Positions 57,222-64,000 of a stretch of 64,000 nucleotides of DNA are shown in pieces. Each line of letters begins with the position of its first letter. Within the stretch, counting starts at the first letter, position 1. Source of the DNA: a virus (Duplodnaviria; Caudoviricetes); IMG/VR virus record IMGVR_UViG_3300031998_000006, positions 1 to 64,000 of that record; one strand, 5' to 3'. The notes beneath the pieces were generated by a model. It searched no databases. It was not told where the DNA came from and saw only the letters and a program-made list of their open reading frames with translations. A program made the position numbers and the translations under genes.

Positions 57222-58409
57222 ATGAATTTTACCGAAAATGCAAAGTCTAAATTCTGGGCGGATTTGTCTGCCGGGGTAAAGAAGACCTTTGGTCATTCTC
57301 TGGGCGAAGCATTCCACATTGACCAGTTCAAGAGCGGTCGCTTCTCCTTCACGGAATCTATTGTCAACGGTTCCGGAAATGTTACTCGTCTTATGGATAG
57401 TATCAAGGCATCTTCTCCCGTCATTGAATCCGTCCGTATGACTCCGATTACCAACGGCTACAATGCTACCTACAATGTGTCCGTGGCATTCGACCCTATT
57501 AAGGCTGAATCCGTGTATAGCAATGGCAAGACCGCCATGGCTACTGTGGATATGGACGGCAAGAAGTATGTTGTTGACAACGATGGTAATGTTGTCAAGC
57601 AGGTTGCAGATGACAAGGAAGCCGATGACTTCATCAACAACTTGAATAAGTCCACCAAGTCCAATCTCAAGAAGGAAGAATTGGAAAATGGTAATACACA
57701 ACCGGTGGATGAAGATGGTTTCCCTATCAACCTTGACGATGTGATTGCCCTCGCAAACGAAGCGCTTGATGGTACTGGTGTTTCCGTTTCCAAGGAAGAT
57801 GACCGCTTGCTTCTCAAGGGCGATTCGGAATTGCTCCGTCCGGCACAGGAATATCTCCCCGCTCCGTATTACGGTTCCGATGCCATTGAAGGTGGCTACA
57901 ACGATGCCACGGGCGACCTTGAAGCAACTATTCCGGATTATCCGAGTTGCTATGACCTCGAAGTTCTCCGCAAGTTCCTCATTGATGCCGTGAACTGCAT
58001 CATTGACAACACCCTCTGCAATAACGGTACTTGCGAAGACGACGAATGGGTTTCCGCTATGGCAGAAGCCGAACCGGACGAAAGCTATGTGACCAAGTAC
58101 GGCTACAAGGGCGAATCCTTTGTTGGCAGCAACAAGAAGGAAATTGCAACCCTCATCAAGTCGCTTATGGTCGAAAATATCGACGAAGCCCGTAAGGTTG
58201 CAGGACACTTTATGGGCAAGGAAATGGTTGAAGGGTTTGTCCGCAAGTATTCGTTTGTGGGCAAGGTGGCAGAAAAGCGAAATGTCATTCTTCCGGACGA
58301 AATGTCCGCTCTCGACCGCATCCACGAATCCGCTATGGGTCGCGCCCCGGAAAAGCGAGTGGATATGGAATCCCTCGTGAACAAGAACCTTTTTAACAAG
58401 GAGAAGTAA
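57222..58409 (+). CDS. Virion protein upstream of the tail sheath
   Basis: AAGGAG RBS, 395 aa, highly expressed codon style. Confidence 0.7.
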   Translation: MNFTENAKSKFWADLSAGVKKTFGHSLGEAFHIDQFKSGRFSFTESIVNGSGNVTRLMDSIKASSPVIESVRMTPITNGYNATYNVSVAFDPIKAESVYSNGKTAMATVDMDGKKYVVDNDGNVVKQVADDKEADDFINNLNKSTKSNLKKEELENGNTQPVDEDGFPINLDDVIALANEALDGTGVSVSKEDDRLLLKGDSELLRPAQEYLPAPYYGSDAIEGGYNDATGDLEATIPDYPSCYDLEVLRKFLIDAVNCIIDNTLCNNGTCEDDEWVSAMAEAEPDESYVTKYGYKGESFVGSNKKEIATLIKSLMVENIDEARKVAGHFMGKEMVEGFVRKYSFVGKVAEKRNVILPDEMSALDRIHESAMGRAPEKRVDMESLVNKNLFNKEK

Positions 58410-58412
58410 CCT

Positions 58413-60698
58413 ATGCCTATCAATGACTCCGCTGGCGTTGGCGTTTACTTGATTGACAAGTCGCAACGAGCTTCTGTTGCTATCGGATTCCGTTCTGCGG
58501 GTGCGATTGAAGCCGACAGAGGTCTTTGCAATACTCCCACTTTGATTTCCAGTGAAGCGGACTATGTTAAGACTTTTGGTACTCCGAATATGGAACGCCA
58601 CGGTCTTGCCGCTATGGAAGCCTATATGCTTGCACAGAGGAAAGTTCCGCAAGTTCTTACTCGTGCCAAGGACCCCGAATTGACGGACAACGAAACCGTC
58701 TTTGGGGCTATGAAGTTTACCGTTGAGGGTGGCAAGCTGATTGTGGACACCCAGACTCCGGCATCCAAGATTGCCACTCCCGATGACAATACCTCCGTGT
58801 TGTTCTTCAAGGGCGAGGGCGATTATTGTGCCAAGGACAACCAGAACATCGTTGTCCGTTTCAGTCAGCCCCTTACCCAGTCCGCTTATGCCAAGGACGG
58901 AAGGTCTTTCCAGGTGCAGGTGTTTGATTTCGACGGTGCTAACCACATCGACCAAGACGAAGTTGGCGAATTTGCTTTCAACCCGGATGTTGCATCCCTC
59001 ATCTCCCCGTCTGGCGAGTTCCAGTTGGAAGGTTATGAAGTTGGCGGTGGCTCGGGTAGCGATGCCGGTGGCGAAGGTCAGCACCCTGTTACCATTACCG
59101 CATTCGTGAACGGACGAATCGGTAAGGACATCTTTGATTACAGTGCCTTGAACGATGGTGGTACCGCATTTGGTCTGTTCGACCATTTCGCCAAGGCTAT
59201 CACGGATGCCAAGCTCGCTACTGGCGAAAAGGTTGTCAAGGATGCTTGGCTCGACTACATCCCTTACAGTTCTAGCCTTGACGCCGGTTCGGGTTCGGAA
59301 GCCGAAGACCCGTATGGCTACTATGTGCTTGACTCCCGTGAAGACGAAGAAACTGGCGAACGTGGCGACCAGTTCCCGCAACAGCTTAACTGCTTCGGTT
59401 TGTCCGTGACCCTTACCGCTAATGTGGAACTCCCGATTAGCGAAAAGGACCCGAGCAACCCGAACTACCGCAAGCTGACCCGTGGCTTCTATAGCTTCCC
59501 GTGTGGTAGCGTGACGGTTTCCAATAAGGATGGTGCTTGGTTTGCCAAGTTCAGCATCAGCACCAATCTGTATCTCAAGAATCGTACCGCTTATATGTAT
59601 ATGGGCAAGCAGAACGAATACTGGGCATCGTACTACAGTGCATATTGCAAGGAAACTTTCAATGTGAGTATGTCCTACGATGACTTCGACCCGAACTATG
59701 TGTCGATGCAGGCTGATGCCGTTCTCGGTAGTTCTCGTTACCTTGTTCCGAAGACTAGCGAAACTTTCAGCGATTACAAGATTGACTACGATAAGGACCG
59801 CCTTACCACGAAGTTGCAATACTTCACGGGCGAAATCGTAGCTAACTCCATCCGTGTGCAGAACAAGTCCTATGCCTACTCGCAGGCATTGGTTGGCTTG
59901 CTTGGCGACAACCTCACTCGTTGGCGTTGCCTTGCCACTCCGAACCTCGGCGATGTGATGAACCCGGCTGACTTCCTCTCCGCAATTACCGCTGCGGAAG
60001 AATCCACCTTGGGTCTTTCCAACATTGGTCGTGCCGCATCTACGGATGTGTTCGGCAACCTCACGGGCCGTCACGGAAACCGCTTCATCGCTGACTACTC
60101 GCAGTATGCATACCGCACCCTCGCTGGCAAGCGTACCGCTGTTACCTTGGCTTGCTTGGTGTCCGACTTGCTCAACACCCACTACAATGAAGGTATTGAA
60201 GCCCGTCCTCCGTTCGGCTACAACTACGGACAGATTTCTTGCTTGAAGCTCTCGCAGGAGTTCTCCGGTGCTGAAAGAAATATGCTTGCTCGTCAGCTCA
60301 AGATTAACCCTGTCATTGAGGATGGTGGTTACTTTATCTGGGACGAACGCACTAGCCAGTTGACGGACACCTCGCTTTCCGACATCCATTGCATCATTTC
60401 GTTTATCTGGATGAAGTTTGCAATCTACGATGCGATGAAAGCATTCGTGGCTGAATACAATGACCAGTCCACGGTTAATCGTGGTCTTGCGGTCTTGAAC
60501 CAGTTGAACCAGACTTTCATCAGCCGTAACTACATTGAAGAAGGTATTGTCAATGCCGATAACAACGTCATTGGTGACGAAGTTCTCCGCTTCGACTATG
60601 CCGTTCGCTTCAAGGGTGTTGCACGCTTTGTGGATGTCTATATTACCGCATACAGCCAGACTCAAACCTTGGCTGTGTCGCTTGCACAGGAGGCTTAA
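58413..60698 (+). CDS. Tail sheath protein
   Basis: SAGVGVYLIDKS, YVKTFGTP, PPFGYNYG, ERNML...INPV and IWDERT match sheath motifs. Confidence 0.9.
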   Translation: MPINDSAGVGVYLIDKSQRASVAIGFRSAGAIEADRGLCNTPTLISSEADYVKTFGTPNMERHGLAAMEAYMLAQRKVPQVLTRAKDPELTDNETVFGAMKFTVEGGKLIVDTQTPASKIATPDDNTSVLFFKGEGDYCAKDNQNIVVRFSQPLTQSAYAKDGRSFQVQVFDFDGANHIDQDEVGEFAFNPDVASLISPSGEFQLEGYEVGGGSGSDAGGEGQHPVTITAFVNGRIGKDIFDYSALNDGGTAFGLFDHFAKAITDAKLATGEKVVKDAWLDYIPYSSSLDAGSGSEAEDPYGYYVLDSREDEETGERGDQFPQQLNCFGLSVTLTANVELPISEKDPSNPNYRKLTRGFYSFPCGSVTVSNKDGAWFAKFSISTNLYLKNRTAYMYMGKQNEYWASYYSAYCKETFNVSMSYDDFDPNYVSMQADAVLGSSRYLVPKTSETFSDYKIDYDKDRLTTKLQYFTGEIVANSIRVQNKSYAYSQALVGLLGDNLTRWRCLATPNLGDVMNPADFLSAITAAEESTLGLSNIGRAASTDVFGNLTGRHGNRFIADYSQYAYRTLAGKRTAVTLACLVSDLLNTHYNEGIEARPPFGYNYGQISCLKLSQEFSGAERNMLARQLKINPVIEDGGYFIWDERTSQLTDTSLSDIHCIISFIWMKFAIYDAMKAFVAEYNDQSTVNRGLAVLNQLNQTFISRNYIEEGIVNADNNVIGDEVLRFDYAVRFKGVARFVDVYITAYSQTQTLAVSLAQEA

Positions 60699-60701
60699 AC
60701 T

Positions 60702-61286
60702 ATGCCGGAAAACATTACTCTCATGGAATTGCTCGGCAAGGAGTTCAAGGAAGCTGACTATATGGTTTCGTCCAACTGGCGTATCGACTTTAGTGCCTGC
60801 AAGGAATTGAAGGAACTGATGGGCGAATATGCCGGGGACACTCCAAAGCAGATGTCTTTCGCTTGCCATTCCAACTTCCAGTTTGAAACGAACATTGAAT
60901 ATGCGGAAGCTGAAATCAAGGGTATGCACATCTCGCAAGCCGCTTGGCAGGACCGCTATATTGACTCGCTCACGCTTGATGTCTATGAAAAGATGGACCA
61001 CCGTCTTTTCAAGGCTCTCGTGACCGCATCTAACAACACCGCAGGCTACTATGCATCTCGTGACATCAACAAGAAGGAAAAGTACACCTTCTCCGGTATC
61101 ACGCTCCGTGCATTGGGCAACACCGATGGTGGCGATACCGCTACTGTTGAACTTGTCTATAGTCTTCTCGGTGTGCAGATTAAGCGAGTTCAGTCGCCGG
61201 AATACACTTCGGATTCCGCTGAAATCGGCTCTGTGCAGCTTGAACTCAAGGCACACGGCTGGGGTATTATCAACGGCACAACCTAA
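60702..61286 (+). CDS. Tail tube protein
   Basis: 194 aa directly after the sheath with GGAGG RBS and a tube-like beta-strand pattern. Confidence 0.72.
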   Translation: MPENITLMELLGKEFKEADYMVSSNWRIDFSACKELKELMGEYAGDTPKQMSFACHSNFQFETNIEYAEAEIKGMHISQAAWQDRYIDSLTLDVYEKMDHRLFKALVTASNNTAGYYASRDINKKEKYTFSGITLRALGNTDGGDTATVELVYSLLGVQIKRVQSPEYTSDSAEIGSVQLELKAHGWGIINGTT

Positions 61287-61305
61287 TCCGTTGGCTCGGT
61301 AATTC

Positions 61306-61343
61306 AAAATCCCCTAATCCGTCAAGTGGATTGGGGGATTTTT
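61306..61343 (+). terminator. Intrinsic terminator
   Basis: AAAATCCCC.AATCC/GGATTGGGGATTTT stem followed by a T run. Confidence 0.82.
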
Positions 61344-61358
61344 ATGTATATTTAAGGT

Positions 61359-61781
61359 ATGGCATTTACTCGTCAAAATGGACTTACCGTCCAATCGGCA
61401 ATAGACACGACCTTCTTGGACACCGCACACTTTGATGCAGAGTGTGCCTTTCCTAGTGGGTATGAGGAACTTAACAAGTTGACTATTACCAATATTGGGG
61501 GGCTTCGTCCGTTCATCATCAACGATGGCGATTTGAAGACCCAGGAGTTCACTGTGGAAGCTATTCTTACCATCAAGCAGGAAGTGCTTCTCCATAATCT
61601 CTATACGGCTACAATCCATCCGGGTTATGTTGACTTGAGATACCCTATCATATTCAGTTGGGGTCATCCCGATAGCCCGAACCAGATTAAGTGCTATCTT
61701 GCAAACTACGAACCGCCCGATTCCGTGGACTATAGCAGTGCCGATATATTGGATGTCAAGCTCACGCTTCGGGCGATATAA
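61359..61781 (+). CDS. Tail or baseplate-associated protein
   Basis: 140 aa between the tube and gp26-like genes. Confidence 0.6.
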   Translation: MAFTRQNGLTVQSAIDTTFLDTAHFDAECAFPSGYEELNKLTITNIGGLRPFIINDGDLKTQEFTVEAILTIKQEVLLHNLYTATIHPGYVDLRYPIIFSWGHPDSPNQIKCYLANYEPPDSVDYSSADILDVKLTLRAI

Positions 61782-61798
61782 TCAACCGAGGAAATAAA

Positions 61799-62545
61799 AT
61801 GATTATACCCGTAAACAAGCTCCCTTCCAACTTCAAGCCTTATCCGTTTAAGTCCTTCAAGTTGAAAGCGATGAATCTGCAACAGGCTATCGACTTGGGA
61901 AAATCCCCTAGTCTGGTGGATGTCCGAAACTTGATACAGAAACTCGTGGACGATGAAATCGACGCGAAGATTCTTGTTCCGGTGGATGTGAAGTATATCC
62001 TGGCGATGCTCTCGTTCCACGCCTACCCGAAGATGTCTTGGACACTCAATCTTGAATGTCCGCATTGCAAGGACAAGCATAAGAGGGCAATCACTATGAA
62101 GGATTTCCCTCCGGTCCCGAGTCTTTCGGACGATGACCCCTATCCGCTAACGATTGACGATGAAACCCACGTGTGGAAGCTGGGCTACTGCTCCGTTGAG
62201 GACTGGGACCAGATGGTGTCCAAGCTGAACATCGGCAAGGACACCCAGATTGAAGACCTTGACCCAGCAATGTACATCGACATCATCGCACCCTATGTGC
62301 TTTCCGTTGACGATAGCACGGAGAATATCCGTGAGAAGTTGCTGAACATCGAGGATTTCAATGTCCTTAACTTGATGCTTGAAGCAATCAAGACCTACTT
62401 CCTCGATGACACGGAAGCCGAATTTGAATGCCCCAAGTGCAAGAAGAAATATAGCGTGGCTTTGAGTGCCGTGGAGGTCACTCAATACACCCCGTTTCTT
62501 GACAAGAAAGCGGTTAGCAGATATAAGGTTAATTTTAGGATTTGA
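61799..62545 (+). CDS. Baseplate hub assembly protein, T4 gp26-like
   Basis: LPS near the N-terminus, D..YIL, CPHC and CPKC. Precedes the tape measure candidate. Confidence 0.7.
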   Translation: MIIPVNKLPSNFKPYPFKSFKLKAMNLQQAIDLGKSPSLVDVRNLIQKLVDDEIDAKILVPVDVKYILAMLSFHAYPKMSWTLNLECPHCKDKHKRAITMKDFPPVPSLSDDDPYPLTIDDETHVWKLGYCSVEDWDQMVSKLNIGKDTQIEDLDPAMYIDIIAPYVLSVDDSTENIREKLLNIEDFNVLNLMLEAIKTYFLDDTEAEFECPKCKKKYSVALSAVEVTQYTPFLDKKAVSRYKVNFRI

Positions 62546-62657
62546 CCTTGATATGACTAAATCCGTGGCAGAGGTGGAAGACTACCTCCGCGCCCGTGAA
62601 GAGATGCTTGAGAACGAGAAGAAGAAAGCACAGACCAAGAAACCGCCTATGAGGTAA
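62466..62657 (+). CDS. Short gp51-like ORF overlapping the gp26-like gene
   Basis: Helical charged peptide (SVAEVEDYLRAREEMLENEKKK) with no convincing start or RBS. Confidence 0.45.
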   Translation: MPWRSLNTPRFLTRKRLADIRLILGFDLDMTKSVAEVEDYLRAREEMLENEKKKAQTKKPPMR

Positions 62658-62663
62658 GACACT

Positions 62664-64000
62664 ATGGCTACTTTGCAAGACCTTATGAATGGCTTGAAGA
62701 ATCAGCGAGAGAGGGCTTCCGAGAAGTCCCCTGTTGCGGATGCCTTGAACAAGACTATGACGGGTATGAAGCAAGTGTCAACCGCCATAGACAAGTTGCA
62801 GTTGGCGGTTCGTGACCAGATGGCTGCCAATATGGTTGCAAAGAAAGCCGGTAACTCGGACGACGTGAATACAACCATCCGTAGTATGCTCAAGGCTAAA
62901 GTTGCCGAAGACCAGCTTGAATCCGAACGCCACAAGCGGATGATGGACATTGCGGAGGAACTTGTTCCGAAGGTCACGGAAGAGCAGTTGAAAGCGTTCC
63001 GTATGCAACAGTTGGTTGCACGTGAACACAAGAAGACTCTTGAAGCTACGATAGAGATTGAAGAGAAAAAGGCGGCTATACAGAAGAAGAACGAAGAGGA
63101 AATCGCCAAGCGAAGAATTGCCGTCATTGAGAAGGAGAGGGCGCAAGCCAACTTTGATGCCCAGGACAAGTATGGCACTATCGAGTCTGCTATTGGTGGG
63201 CTGGGTGGCAAGGCACAAGATACCTTGTCCAAGTTTCTTGTTGATGGCTTGAATCGCTTTGTGAAGGAACGCAAGGAAACTCCGGTTGTACAGAACATCA
63301 AGGAAACTTACGATGCGAAGGTTGACCGCCAGAACAATATTGCGAACAACCGCAAGGCACAGATAGACAAGGTTCTTGGCACAAAGAAGGAGGACATCAA
63401 CGAAGAGTTCTCCATTCGTGCGGCAAAGTATGGCATTTCCAATCCGGGTTCGGCTGCGAAGCTGTACATGGATAGGGAATCGCAAGTCAGTTCTCTTGCT
63501 AGGGAGGGGGAGAGCCTTGAGAAATCCCTTGTTTCGGGTAGGGCGAAGTTCAGTTCTCCTAGGATGGAATCCGCAATCCAGGATGTGGCTAAAGCTATCC
63601 GTGGAGAAGCCCCGGAAAAGAAAGCACCGGCTGCCAAGGTAACGAAGAAGGAAGAACCCGAAATCGTGCCTACCTTGCCGAAGGGTCACATCGAGGATTT
63701 TGTAAACGAAACCACAAGACCTATGACCGCTCCGCAGGCGAAGGTTCTTGATGATGTTCCTAGACACACGATTGTTCCCGATGTAGAACCGGAATCAAAG
63801 CCCGAAGCCCAGACTACGGCAAAGCCTGCTCCGAAGAACGCAAGGTTTGAGCGTGCGAAGGTGCAGAGAACTAGACCTAGTGGCCCGGCTACGAAGCGGT
63901 CTGCTCCGTTGGCTCCCGTGCAATCCCCAGCATCCACGGGTATGTTCGGTAGCAAGTCCGGTGCCGTAAACTTCGGTGGTATTACAAAGGCTCTTGGTGG
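62664..64000 (+). CDS. Probable tape measure protein, N-terminal part (runs off the right edge)
   Basis: GAGGT RBS; MATLQDLMNGLKNQ... stays open to the end of the window, so it is missing from the track. Long coiled coil; synteny. Confidence 0.65.
   Translation, partial: MATLQDLMNGLKNQRERASEKSPVADALNKTMTGMKQVSTAIDKLQLAVRDQMAANMVAKKAGNSDDVNTTIRSMLKAKVAEDQLESERHKRMMDIAEELVPKVTEEQLKAFRMQQLVAREHKKTLEATIEIEEKKAAIQKKNEEEIAKRRIAVIEKERAQANFDAQDKYGTIESAIGGLGGKAQDTLSKFLVDGLNRFVKERKETPVVQNIKETYDAKVDRQNNIANNRKAQIDKVLGTKKEDINEEFSIRAAKYGISNPGSAAKLYMDRESQVSSLAREGESLEKSLVSGRAKFSSPRMESAIQDVAKAIRGEAPEKKAPAAKVTKKEEPEIVPTLPKGHIEDFVNETTRPMTAPQAKVLDDVPRHTIVPDVEPESKPEAQTTAKPAPKNARFERAKVQRTRPSGPATKRSAPLAPVQSPASTGMFGSKSGAVNFGGITKALG

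Noticed and set aside
57183-61307. 1374-aa minus-strand ORF, and similar long antisense ORFs at 22286-24043, 35377-37287, 44850-46826 and 53741-54943
   Set aside because: They mirror highly biased plus-strand genes that avoid TTA, CTA and TCA codons. The three genes under 57183-61307 happen to share a frame. The translations show no protein-like motifs.
1-64000. Stop-codon reassignment (TAG or TGA read-through)
   Set aside because: Long genes are intact in the standard code, and TAG and TGA end genes that are followed by out-of-frame starts.
4074-64000. Second DGR target, tRNA genes, CRISPR array
   Set aside because: I saw no other copy of the TR-like sequence, no cloverleaf and no regularly spaced repeat-spacer array. 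A computational scan would be needed to exclude them fully.

Overview
This window is the virion-morphogenesis region of a large T4-like (contractile-tailed) bacteriophage, almost all on the + strand and read in the standard genetic code. From left to right it holds: the end of a tail-fibre gene; a complete diversity-generating retroelement (target with VR, Avd, TR, reverse transcriptase); fibre-associated genes; a lysis block; baseplate and neck genes interleaved with Stealth and glycosyltransferase-like genes; the head module (gp21-like prohead protease, scaffold, gp23-like major capsid protein); and tail sheath, tube, gp26-like protein and the start of a probable tape measure gene. It also carries six tnpB genes, one tnpA and two miniature IS200/IS605 derivatives. 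The most striking unexplained signal is about 20 kb of acidic proteins around the protease and capsid genes. They share a 10-residue N-terminal leader ending in Glu (MSKLTIKVHE-like) and/or are strings of unrelated 70-190 aa modules joined by an ESKKSE linker. I infer a capsid-packaged, protease-processed polyprotein cargo system. Two candidate structured RNAs also stand out: a kissing-loop double hairpin in front of two dissimilar tnpB genes, and a roughly 230-nt pseudoknot-rich leader before the scaffold/capsid operon. All family assignments come from motif reading by eye, not from database searches.
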